Shown here: piece by piece, positions 30,201 through 45,200 of the stretch
Layout: the number at the start of each line of letters is the position of its first letter
Position numbering within the stretch: position 1 is the stretch's first letter
Source of the DNA: the human T2T-CHM13v2.0 reference genome, Homo sapiens
NCBI RefSeq assembly: GCF_009914755.1
Contig: NC_060925.1
Reading direction: 5' to 3' (one strand)
Length of the DNA: 64,000 nucleotides
Position numbers and translations under genes: made by a program
The notes under the pieces: model-generated
Databases searched by the model: none
Told to the model about the DNA's origin: nothing
What the model saw: only the letters and a program-made list of their open reading frames with translations

Positions 30201-33200
30201 CAGATGGAAAAGAATGGAATCGTCATAGAATGGAATCGAATGGATTCATTGAATGGAATCAGATGGAATCATCGAATGGACTGGAATGGAATCATTGAAT
30301 GGACTCGAAAGGGATCATGATTGAATGGAATTGAATGGAATCATCGAATGGTCTCGATTGGAATCATTATCAAATGGAATCGAATGGAATCACCGAATAG
30401 AATCGAATGGAACAATCATCGAATGGAGTCAAATGGAATTATCCTCAAATGGAATCGAATGGAATTATCGAATGCAATCGAATGGAATTATCGAATGCAA
30501 TCGAATAGAATCATCGAATGGACTCGAATGGAATCATCGAATGGAATGGAATGGAACAGTCAATGAACTCGAATGGAATCATCATTGAATGGAATCGAAT
30601 GGAATCATCGAGTGGAATCGAATGGAATTATGATCAAATGGAATCGAATGTAATCATCATCAAATGGAATCAAAAATAACCATCATCAATTGGTATTGAA
30701 TGGAATTGTCATCAAATGGAATTCAAAGGAATCATCATCAAATGGAACGGAATGGAATCCTCATTGAATGGAAATGAAATGGGTCATCATCTAATGGAAT
30801 CACATGGAATCATCATCAAATGGAATCGAATGGAATCATCATCAAATGGAATCTAATGGAATCATTGAACAGAATTGAATGGAATCGTCATCGAATGAAT
30901 TGAATACAATCATCGAATGGTCTCGAATGCAATCATCTTCTAATGGAAAGGAATGGAATCATCGCCTAGAATCGAATGGAATTAACATTGAATGGACTCG
31001 AGTGGAATCAACATCAAACGGAATCAAGCGGAATTATCGAATGTAATCGAAGAGAACCATCGAATGGACTCGAATGGAATCATCTAATGGAATGGAATGG
31101 AATAATCCACGGACTCGAATGCAATCATCATCGTATAGAATCGAATGGAATCATTGAATGGACTCGAATGGAATCATCATTGAACAGAATCGAATGGAAT
31201 CATCATCGGATGGAAACGAATGGAATTATCATCGAATGGAAATGAAAGGAGTCATCATCTAATGGAATCGCATGGAATCATCATCAAATGGAATCGAATG
31301 GAATCAACATCAAATGGAATCAAATGGAATCATTGAACGGAATTGAATGGAATCGTCATCGAATGAATTGAATGCAATCATCGAATGGTCTCGAATGGAA
31401 TCATCTTCAAATGGAATGGAATGGAATCATCGCATAGAATCGAATGGAATTATCATCGAATGGAATCGAAAGGTATCAACATCAAACGGAAAAAAACGGA
31501 ATTATCGAATGGAATCGAAGAGAATCATCGAACGGACTCGAATGGAATCATCTAATGGAAAGGAATGGAATAATCCATGGACTCGAATCCAATCATCATC
31601 GAATGGAATCGAATGGAATCATTGAAAGGACTCTAATGGAATAATCATTGAAGGGAATCGAATGGAAACATCATCGAATGGAAACTAATGGAATCATAAT
31701 CGAATGGAAATGAAAGGAGTCATCATCTAATGGAATTGCATGGAATCATCATAAAATGGAATCGAATGGAATCAACATCAAATGGAATGAAATGGAATCA
31801 TTGAACGGAATTGAATGGAATCTTCATCGAATGAAGTGAATGCAATCATCGAATGGTCTCGAATGGAATCATCTTCAAATGGAATGGAATGGAATCATCG
31901 CATAGAATCGAATGGAATTATCATCAAATGGTATCAACATCAAACGGAAAAAAACGGAATTATCGAATGGAATCGAAGAGAATCATCGAACGGACCAGAA
32001 TGGAATCATCTAATGGAATGGAATGGAATAATCCATGGACTCGAATGCAATCATCATCGAATGGAATCGAGTGGAATCACCGAATGGACTTGAATGGAAT
32101 AATCATTGAACGGAATCGAATGGAATCATCATCGGATGGAAATGAATGGAATCATCATCGAATGGAATCGAATAGAATTATGGAATGAAATCCAGTGTGA
32201 TCATCATCGAATGGACCCGAATGGAATCATCATCCAACGGAAGATAATGGAATCAACATCGAATGAATCGAATGGAAACACCATCGAATTGAAATGAATG
32301 GAATTATCATGAAATTGAAATGGATGGACTCATCATCGAATGCATTCGAATTGAATCATCGAATAAAATTGATTGAAATCATCATCAAATGGAATCGAAT
32401 GGTATCATTGAATGGAATCGAATGGAATCATCATCAGATGGAAATGAATGGAATCGTCATAGAATGGAATCGAATGGATTCATTGAATGGAATCAGATGG
32501 AATCATCGAATGGACTGGAATGGAATCATTGAATGGACTCGAAAGGGATCATTATTGAATGGAATTCAATGGAATCATCGAATGGTCTCGATTGGAATCA
32601 TTACCAAATGGAATCGAATGGAATCACCGAAAAGAATCGAATGGAACAATCATCGAATGGAGTCAAATGGAATTAACCTAAAATGGAATCGAATGGAATT
32701 ATCGAATGCACTCGAATGGAATTATCAAATGCATTCGAATAGAATCATCGAATGGACTCGAATGGAATCATCGAATGGAATGGAATGGAACAGTCAGTGA
32801 ACTCGAATGGTATCATCATTGAATGGAATCGAATGGAATTATGATCAAATGGAATCGAATGTAATCATCAACAAATGGAATCAAAAATAACCATCATCAA
32901 TTGGTATTGAATGGAATTGTCATCAAATGGAATTCAAAGGAATCATCATCAAATGGAACCGAATGCAATCCTCATTGAATGGAAATGAAAGGGGTCATCA
33001 TCTAATGGAATCGCATGGAATCATCATCCAATGGAATCGAATGGAATCATCATCAAATGGAATCTAATGGAATCATTGAACAGAATTGAATGGAATCGTC
33101 ATCGAATGAATTGAATGCAATCATCGTATGGTCTCGAATGGAATCATCTTCTAATGGAAAGGAATGGAATCATCGCATAGAATCGAATGGAATTAACATT

Positions 33201-36200
33201 GAATGGACTCGAATGGAATCAACATCAAACGGAATCAAGCGGAATTATCGAATGGAATCGAAGAGAATCATCGAATGTACTCGAATGGAATCTTCTAATG
33301 GAATGGATTGGAATAATCCACGGACTCGAATGCAATCATCAACGTATAGAATTGAATGGAATCATTGAATGGACTCGAATGGAATAATCATTGAACTGAA
33401 TCGAATGGAATCATCATCGAATGGAGACGAATGGAAACAACATCAAACGGAAAAAAACGGATTATCGAATGGAATCGAAGAGAATCATCGAATGGACCCG
33501 AATGGAATCATCTAATGGAATGGAATGTAATAATCCATGGACTCTAATGCAATCATCATCAAATGGAATCGAATGGAATCATCGAATGGACTCGAATGGA
33601 ATAATCATTGAATGGAATCAAAAGGAATCATCATCGGATGGAAATGAATGGAATCATCATCGAATGGAATCGAATAGAATTATGGAATGAAATCCAGTGT
33701 GATCATCATCGAATGGACCCGAATGGAATCATCATCCAACGGAAGCTAATGGAATCAACATCGAATGAATCGAATGGAAACACCATCGAATTGAAACGAA
33801 TGGAATTATCATGAAATTGAAATGGATGGACTCATCATCGAATGGATTCGAATGGAATCATCGAATAAAATTGATTGAAATCATCATCCAATGGAATCGA
33901 ATTGTATCATTGAATGGAATCGAATGGAATCATCATCAGATGGAAATGAATGGAATCGTCATAGAATGGAATCGAATGGATTCATTGAATGGAATCAGAT
34001 GGAATCATCGAATGGACTGGAATGGAATCATTGAATGGACTCGAAAGGGATCATGATTGAATGGAATTGAATGGAATCATCGAATGGTCTCGATTGGAAT
34101 CATTATCAAATGGAATCGAATGGAATCACCGAATAGAATCGAATGGAACAATCATCGAATGGACTCAAATGGAATTATCCTCAAAGGAATCGAATGGAAT
34201 TATGGAATGCAATCGAATGGAATTATCGAATGCAATCGAATAGAATCATCGAATGGACTCGAATGGAATCATCGAATGGAGTGGAATGGAACAGTCAGTG
34301 AACTCGAATGGAATCATCATTGAATGGACTCGAATGGAATCATCGAGTGGAATCGAATGAAATTATGATCAAATGGAATCGAATGTTATCATCATCAAAT
34401 GGAATCAAAAGTAACCATCATCAATTGCTATTGAATGGAATTGTCATCAAATGGAATTCAAAGGAATCATCATCAAATGGAACCGAATGGAATCCTCATT
34501 GAATGGAAATGAAAGGGGTCATCATCTAATGGAATCGCATGGAATCATCATCAAATGGAATCGAATGGAATCATCATCAAATGGAATCTAATGGAATCAT
34601 GGAACAGAATTGAATGGAATCGTCATGGAATGAATTGAATGCAATCATCGAATGGTCTCGAATGGAATCATCTTCTAATGGAAAGGAATGGAATCATCGC
34701 ATAGAATGGAATGGAATTAACATTGAATGGACTCGAATGGAATCAACATCAAACGGAATCAAGCGGAATTATCGAATGGAATCGAAGAGAACCATCGAAT
34801 GGACTCGAATGGAATCATCTAATGGAATGGAATGGAATAATCCACGGACTCGAATGCAATCATCATCGTATAGAATCGAATGGAATCATCGAATGGACTC
34901 GAATGGAATAATCATTGAACGGAAACGAATGGAATCATCATCGGATGGAAACGAATGGAATCATCATCGAATGGAAATGAAAGGGGTCATCATCTAATGG
35001 AATTGCATGGAATCATCATCAAATGGAATCGAATGGAATCAACATCAAATGGAATCAAATGGAATCATTGAATGGAATTGAATGGAATCGTCATCGAATG
35101 AATTGAATGCAATCATCCAATGGTCTCGAATGGAATCATCTTCAAATGGAATGGAATAGAATCATCGCATAGAATCGAATGGAATTATCATCGAATGGAA
35201 TCGAATGGAATCAACATCAAACGGAAAAAAACGGAATTATCGAATGGAATCGAAGAGAATCATCGAATGGACCCGAATGGAATCATCTAATGGAATGGAA
35301 TGGAATAATCTATGGAATCGAATGCAATCATCATCGAATGGAATCGAATGGAATCATCGAATGGACTCGAATGGAATAATCATTGAACGGAATCGAATGG
35401 AATCATCATCGGATGGAAATGAATGGAATCATCATCGAATGGAATCGAATAGAATTATGGAATGAAATCCAGTGTGATCATCATCGAATGGACCCGAATG
35501 GAATCATCATCCAACGGAAGCTAATGGAATCAACATCGAATGAATCGAATGGAAACACCATCGAATTGAAACGAATGGAATTATCATGAAATTCAAATGG
35601 ATGGACTCATCATCGAATGGATTCGAATGGAATCATCGAATGAAATTGATTGAAATCATCATCAAATGGAATCGAATGGTATCATTGAATGGAATCGAAT
35701 GGAATCATCATCAGATGGAAAAGAATGGAATCGTCATAGAATGGAATCGAATGGATTCATTGAATGGAATCAGATGGAATCATCGAATGGACTGGAATGG
35801 AATCATTGAATGGACTCAAAAGGGATCATTATTGAATGGAATTGAATGGAATCATCGAATGGTCTCGATTGGAATCATTATCAAATGGAATCGAATGGAA
35901 TCACCGAATAGAATCGAATGGAACAATCATCGAATGGACTCAAATGGAATTATCCTCCAATGGAATCGAATGGAATTATCGAATGCAATCGAATGGAATT
36001 ATCGAATGCAATCGAATAGAATCATCGAATGGACTCGAATGGAATCATCGAATGGAATGGAATGGAACAGTCAATGAACTCGAATGGAATCATCATTGAA
36101 TGGAATCGAATGGAATCATCGAGTGGAATCGAATGGAATTATGATCAAATGGAATCGAATGTAATCATCATCAAATGGAATCAAAAATAACCATCATCAA

Positions 36201-39200
36201 TTGGTATTGAATGGAATTGTCATCAAATGGAATTCAAAGGAATCATCATCAAATGGAACGGAATGGAATCCTCATTGAATGGAAATGAAAGGGGTCATCA
36301 TCTAATGGAATCACATGGAATCATCATCAAATGGAATCGAATGGAATCATCATCAAATGGAATCTAATGGAATCATTGAACAGAATTGAATGGAATCGTC
36401 ATCGAATGAATTGAATACAATCATCGAATGGTCTCGAATGCAATCATCTTCTAATGGAAAGGAATGGAATCATCGCATAGAATCGAATGGAATTAACATT
36501 GAATGGACTCGAATGGAATCAACATCAAACGGAATCAAGCGGAATTATCGAATGTAATCGAAGAGAACCATCGAATGGACTCGAATGGAATCATCTAATG
36601 GAATGGAATGGAATAATCCACGTACTCGAATGCAATCATCATCGTATAGAATCGAATGGAATCATTGAATGGACTCGAATGGAATAATCATTGAACGGAA
36701 TCGAATGGAATCATCATCGGATGGAAACGAATGGAATTATCATCGAATGGAAATGAAAGGAGTCATCATCTAAGGGAATCGCATGGAATCATCATAAAAT
36801 GGAATCGAATGGAATCAACATCAAATGGAATCAAATGGAATCATTGAACGGAATTGAATGGAATCGTCATCGAATGAATTGAATGCAATCATCGAATGGT
36901 CTCGAATGGAATCATCTTCAAATGGAATGGAATGGAATGATCGCATAGAATCGAATGGAATTATCATCGAATGGAATCGAAAGGTATCAACATCAAACGG
37001 AAAAAAACGGAATTATCGAATGGAATCGAAGAGAATCATCGAACGGACCCGAATGGAATCATCTAATGGAAAGGAATGGAATAATCCATGGACTCGAATC
37101 CAATCATCATCGAATGGAATCGAATGGAATCATTGAAAGGACTCTAATGGAATAATCATTGAACGGAATCGAATGGAATCGTCATCGAATGGAAACTAAT
37201 GGAATCATCATCGAATGGAAATGAAAGGAGTCATCATCTAATGGAATTGCATGGAATCATCATAAAATGGAATCGAATGGAATCAACATCAAATGGAATG
37301 AAATGGAATCATTGAACGGAATTGAATGGAATCTTCATCGAATGAATTGAATGCAATCATCGAATGGTCTCGAATGGAATCATCTTCAAATGGAATGGAA
37401 TGGAATCATCGCATAGAATCGAATGGAATTATCATCAAATGGTATCAACATCAAACGGAAAAAAACGGAATTATCGAATGGAATCGAAGAGAATCATCGA
37501 ACGGACCCGAATGGAATCATCTAATGGAATGGAATGGAATAATCCATGGACTCGAATGCAATCATCATCGAATGGAATCGAGTGGAATCATCGAATGGAC
37601 TCGAATGGAATAATCATTGGACGGAATCGAATGGAATCATCATCGGATGGAAATGAATGGAATCATCATCGAATGGAATCGAATAGAATTATGGAATGAA
37701 ATCCAGTGTGATCATCATCGAATGGACCCGAATGGAATCATCATCCAACGGAAGCTAATGGAATCAACATCGAATGAATCGAATGGAAACACCATCGAAT
37801 TGAAACGAATGGAATTATCATGAAATTGAAATGGATGGACTCATCATCGAATGGATTCGAATGGAATCATCGAATAAAATTGATTGAAATCATCATCAAA
37901 TGGAATCGAATGGTATCATTGAATGGAATCGAATGGAATCATCATCAGATGGAAATGAATGGAATCGTCATAGAATGGAATCGAATGGATTCATTGAATG
38001 GAATCAGATGGAATCATCGAATGGACTGGAATGGAATCATTGAATGGACTCGAAAGGGATCATTATTGAATGGAATTGAATGGAATCATCGAATTGTCTC
38101 GATTGGAATCATTATCAAATGGAATCGAATGGAATCACCGAATAGAATCGAATGGAACAATCATCGAATGGAGTCAAATGGAATTATCCTCAAATGGAAT
38201 CGAATGGAATTATCGAATGCAATCGAATGGAATTATCGAATGCAATCGAATAGAATCATCGAATGGGCTCGAATGGAATCATCGAATGGAATGGAATGGA
38301 ATAGTCAATGAACTCGAATGGAATCATCATTGAATGGAATCGAATGCAATCATCGAGTGGAATCGAATGGAATTATGATCAAATGCAATCGAATGTAATC
38401 ATCATCAAATGGAATCAAAAATAACCATCATCAATTGGTATTGAATGGAATTGTCATCAAATGGAATTCAAAGGAATCATCATCAAATGGAACCGAATGG
38501 AATCCTCATTGAATGGAAATGAAAGGGGTCATCATCTAATGGAATCGCATGGAATCATCATCAAATGGAATCGAATGGAATCATCATCAAATGGAATCTA
38601 ATGGAATCATTGAACAGAATTGAATGGAATCGTCATCGAATGAATTGAATGCAATCATCGAATGGTCTCGAATGGAATCATCTTCTAATGGAAAGGAATG
38701 GAATCATCGCATAGGATCGAATGCAATTATCATCGAATGGAATCGAATGGTATCAACACCAAACGGAAAAAAACGGAATTATCGAATGGAATCGAAGAGA
38801 ATCTTCGAACGGACCCGAATGGAATCATCTAATGGAATGGAATGGAATAATCCATGGACTCGAATACAATCATCATCGAATGGAATCAAATGGAATCATC
38901 GAATGGACTCGAATGGAATAATCATTGAAAGGAATCGAATGGAATCATCATCGGATGGAAACGAATGGAATCATCATCGAATGGAAATGAAAGGAGTCAT
39001 CATCTAATGGAATTGCATGGAATCATCATAAAATGGAATAGAATGGAATCAACATCAAATGGAATCAAATGGAATCATTGAACGGAATTGAATGAAATCA
39101 TCATCGAATGAATTGAATGCAATCATCGAATGGTCTCGAATGGAATCATCTTCAAATGGAATGGAATGGAATCATCGCATAGAATCGAATGGAATTATCA

Positions 39201-42200
39201 TCGAATGGAATCGAATGGTATCAACATCAAACGGAAAAAAACGGAATTATCGAATGGAATCGAAGAGAATCATCGAACGGACCCGAATGGAATCATCTAA
39301 TGGAATGGAATGGAATAATCCATGGACTCGAATGCAATCATCATCGAATGGAATCGAAAGGAATCATCGAATGGACTCAAATGGAATAATCATTGAACGG
39401 AATCGAATGGAATCATCATCGGATGGAAATGAATGGAATCATCATTGAATGGAATCGAATAGAATTATGGAATGAAATCCAGTGTGATCATCATCGAATG
39501 GACCCGAATTGAATCATCATCCAACGGAAGCTAATGGAATCAACATCGAATGAATCGAATGGAAACACCATCGAATTGAAACGAATGGAATTATCATGAA
39601 ATTGAAATGGATGGACTCATCATCGAATGGATTCGAATGGAATCATCGAATAAAATTGATTGAAATCATCATCAAATGGAATCGAATGGTATCATTGAAT
39701 GGAATCGAATGGAATCATCATCAGATGGAAATGAATGGAATCGACATAGAATGGAATCGAATGTATTCATTGAATGGAATCAGATGGAATCATCGAATGG
39801 ACTGGAATGGAATCATTGAATGTACTCGAAAGGGATCATGATTGAATGGAATTGAATGGAATCATCGAATGGTCTCGATTGGAATCATTATCAAATGGAA
39901 TCGAATGGAATCACCGAATAGAATCGAATGGAACAGTCATCGCATGGACTCAAATGGAATTATCCTCAAATGGAATCGAATGGAATTATCGAATGCAATC
40001 GAATGGAATTATCGAATGCAATCGAATAGAATCATCGAATGGACTCGAATGGAATCATCGAATGGAATGGAATGGAACAGTCAATGAACTCGAATGGAAT
40101 CATCATTGAATGGAATCGAATGGAATCATCGAGTGGAATCGAATGGAATTATGATCAAATGGAATCGAATGTAATCATCATCAAATGGAATCAAAGATAA
40201 CCATCATCAATTGGTATTGAATGGAATTGTCATCAAATGGAATTCAAAGGAGTCATCACCAAATGGAATCGAAAGGAATCCTCATTGAATGGAAATGAAA
40301 GGGGTCATCATCTAATGGAATCGCATGGAATCATCATCAAATGGAATCGAATGGAATCATCATCAGATGGAATCTAATGGAATCATTGAACAGAATTGAA
40401 TGGAATCGTCATCGAATGAATTGAATGCAATCATCGAATGGTCTCGAATGGAATCATCTTCTAATGGAAAGGAATGGAATCATCGCATAGAATCGAATGG
40501 AATTAACATTGAATGAACTCGAATGGAATCAACGTCAAACGGAATCAAGCGGAATTATCGAATGGAATCGAAGAGAATCATCGAATGGACTCGAATGGAA
40601 TCATCTAATGGAATGGAATTGAATAATCCACGGACTCGAATGCAACCACCATCGTATAGAATCGAATGGAAACATCGAATGGAAACATCGAATGGACTCG
40701 AATGGAATAATCATTGAACGGAATCGAATGGAATCATCATCGGATGGAAACGAATGGAATCATCATCGAATGGAAATGAAAGGAATCATCTAATGGAATT
40801 GCATGGAATCATCATCAAATGGAATCGAATGGAATCAACATCAAATGGAATCAAATGGAATCATTGAACGGAATTGAATGGAATCGTCATCGAATGAATT
40901 GAATGCAATCATCGAATGGTCTCGAATGGAATCATCTTCAAATGGAATGGAATGGAATCAACGCATAGAATCGAATGGAATTATCATCGTATGGAATCGA
41001 AAGGTATCAACATCAAACGGAAAAAAACGGAATTATCGAATGGAATCGAAGAGAATCATCGAACGGACTCGAATGGAATCATCTAATGGAAAGGAATGGA
41101 ATAATCCATGGACTCGAATCCAATCATCATCGAATGGAATCGAATGGAATCATTGAAAGGACTCTAATGGAATAATCATTGAAGGGAATCGAATGGAATC
41201 ATCATCGAATGGAAACTAATGGAATCATCATCGAATGGAAATGAAAGGAGTCATCATCTAATGGAATTGCATGGAATCATCATAAAATGGAATCGAATGG
41301 AATCAACATCAAATGGAATGAAATGGAATCATTGAACGGAATTGAATGGAATCGTCATCGAATGAATTGAATGCAATCATCGAATGGTCTCGAATGGAAT
41401 CATCTTCAAATGGAATGGAATGGAATCATCGCATAGAATCGAATGGAATTATCATCAAATGGTATCAACATCAAACGGAAAAAAACGGAATTATCGAATG
41501 GAATCGAAGAGAATCATCGAACGGACCCGAATGGAATCATCTAATGGAATGGAATGGAATAATCCATGGACTCGAATGCAATCATCATCGAATGGAATCG
41601 AGTGGAATCATCGAATGGACTCGAATGGAATAATCATTGAACGGAATCGAATGGAATCATCATCGGATGGAAATGAATGGAATCATCATCGAATGGAATC
41701 GAATAGAATTATGGAATGAAATCCAGTGTGATCATCATCGAATGGACCCGAATGGAATCATCATCCAACGGAAGCTAATGGAATCAACATCGAATGAATC
41801 GAATGGAAACACCATCGAATTGAAACGAATGGAATTATCATGAAATTGAAATGGATGGACTCATCATCGAATGGATTCGAATGGAATCATCGAATAAAAT
41901 TGATTGAAATCATCATCAAATGGAATCGAATGGTATCATTGAATGGAATCGAATGGAATCATCATCAGATGGAAATGAATGGAATCGTCATAGAATGGAA
42001 TCGAATGGATTCATTGAATGGAATCAGATGGAATCATCGAATGGACTGGAATGGAATCATTGAATGGACTCGAAAGAGATCATTATTGAATGGAATTCAA
42101 TGGAATCATCGAATGGTCTCGATTGGAATCATTACCAAATGGAATCGAATGGAATCACCGAAAAGAATCGAATGGAACAATCATCGAATGGAGTCAAATG

Positions 42201-45200
42201 GAATTAACCTAAAATGGAATCGAATGGAATTATCGAATGCACTCGAATGGAATTATCAAATGCATTCGAATAGAATCATCGAATGGACTCGAATGGAATC
42301 ATCGAATGGAATGGAATGGAACAGTCAATGAACTCGAATGGTATCATCATTGAATGGAATCGAATGGAATTATGATCAAATGGAATCGAATGTAATCATC
42401 AACAAATGGAATCAAAAATAACCATCATCAATTGGTATTGAATGGAATTGTCATCAAATAGAATTCAAAGGAATCATCATCAAATGGAACCGAATGCAAT
42501 CCTCATTGAATGGAAATGAAAGGGGTCATCATCTAATGGAATCGCATGGAATCATCATCCAATGGAATCGAATGGAATCATCATCAAATGGAATCTAATG
42601 GAATCATTGAACAGAATTGAATGGAATCGTCATCGAATGAATTGAATGTAATCATCGTATGGTCTCGAATGGAATCATCTTCTAATGGAAAGGAATGGAA
42701 TCATCGCATAGAATCGAATGGAATTAACATTGAATGGACTCGAATGGAATCAACATCAAACGGAATCAAGCGGAATTATCGAATGTAATCGAAGAGAATC
42801 ATCGAATGTACTCGAATGGAATCTTCTAATGGAATGGATTGGAATAATCCACGGACTCGAATGCAATCATCAACGTATAGAATTGAATGGAATCATTGAA
42901 TGGACTCGAATGGAATAATCATTGAACTGAATCGAATGGAATCATCATCGAATGGAAACGAATGGAATCATCATCGAATGGAAATGAAAGGAGTCATCAT
43001 CTAATGCAATTGCATGGAATCATCATAAAATGGAATTGAATGGAATCAACATCAAATGGAATCAAATGGAATCATTGAACGGAATTGAATGGTATCGTCA
43101 TCGAATGAATTGAATGCAATCATCGAATGGTCTCGAATGGAATCATCTTCAAATGGAATGGAATGGAATCATCGCATAGAATCGAATGGAATTATCATCG
43201 AATGGAATCGAATGGAAACAACATCAAACGGAAAAAAACGGATTATCGAATGGAATCGAAGAGAATCATCGAATGGACCCGAATGGAATCATCTAATGGA
43301 ATGGAATGGAATAATCCATGGACTCTAATGCAATCATCATCAAATGGAATCGAATGGAATCATCGAATGGACTCGAATGGAATAATCATTGAACGGAATC
43401 AAAAGGAATCATCATCGGATGGAAATGAATGGAATCATCATCGAATGGAATCGAATAGAATTATGGAATGAAATCCAGTGTGATCATCATCGAATGGACC
43501 CGAATGGAATCATCATCCAACGGAAGCTAATGGAATCAACATCGAATGAATCGAATGGAAACACCATCGAATTGAAACGAATGGAATTATCATGAAATTG
43601 AAATGGATGGACTCATCATCGAATGGATTCGAATGGAATCATCGAATAAAATTGATTGAAATCATCATCAAATGGAATCGAATTGTATCATTGAATGGAA
43701 AGGAATGGAATCATCATCAGATGGAAATGAATGGAATCGTCATAGAATGGAATCGAATGGATTCATTGAATGGAATGAGATGGAATCATCGAATGGACTG
43801 GAATGGAATCATTGAATGGACTCGAAAGGGATCATCATTGAATGGAATTGAATGGAATCATCGAATGGTCTCGATTGGAATCATTATCAAATGGAATCGA
43901 ATGGAATCACCGAATAGAATCGAATGGAACAATCATCGAATGGACTCAAATGGAATTATCCTCAAAGGAATCGAATGGAATTATGGAATGCAATCGAATG
44001 GAATTATCGAATGCAATCGAATAGAATCATCGAATGGACTCGAATGGAATCATCGAATGGAGTGGAATGGAACAGTCAGTGAACTCGAATGGAATCATCA
44101 TTGAATGGACTCGAATGGAATCATCGAGTGGAATCGAATGAAATTATGATCAAATGGAATCGAATGTTATCATCATCAAATGGAATCAAAAGTAACCATC
44201 ATCAATTGCTATTGAATGGAATTGTCATCAAATGGAATTCAAAGGAATCATCATCAAATGGAACCGAATGGAATCCTCATTGAATGGAAATGAAAGGGGT
44301 CATCATCTAATGGAATCGCATGGAATCATCATCAAATGAAATCGAATGGAATCATCATCAAATGGAATCTAATGGAATCATGGAACAGAATTGAATGGAA
44401 TCGTCATGGAATGAATTGAATGCAATCATCGAATGGTCTCGAATGGAATCATCTTCTAATGGAAAGGAATGGAATCATCGCATAGAATGGAATGGAATTA
44501 ACATTGAATGGACTCGAATAGAATCAACATCAAACGGAATCAAGCGGAATTATCGAATGGAATCGAAGAGAACCATCGAATGGACTCGAATGGAATCATC
44601 TAATGGAATGGAATGGAATAATCCACGGACTCGAATGCAATCATCATCGTATAGAATCGAATGGAATCATGGAATGGACTCGAATGGAATAATCATTGAA
44701 CGGAAACGAATGGAATCATCATCTGATGGAAACGAATGGAATCATCATCGAATGGAAATGAAAGGGGTCATCATCTAATGGAATTGCATGGAATCATCAT
44801 CAAATGGAATCGAATGGAATCAACATCAAATGGAATCAAATGGAATCATTAAATGGAATTGAATGGAATCGTCATCGAATGAATTGAATGCAATCATCGA
44901 ATGGTCTCGAATGGAATCATCTTCAAATGGAATGGAATGGAATCATCGCATAGAATCGAATGGAATTATCATCGAATGGAATCGAATGGAATCAACATCC
45001 AACGGAAAAAAACGGAATTATCGAATGGAATCGAAGAGAATCATCGAATGGACCCGAATGGAATCATCTAATGGAATGGAATGGAATAATCTATGGACTC
45101 GAATGCAATCATCATCGAATGGAATCGAATGGAATCATCGAATGTACTCGAATGGAATAATCATTGAACGGAATCGAATGGAATCATCATCGGATGGAAA

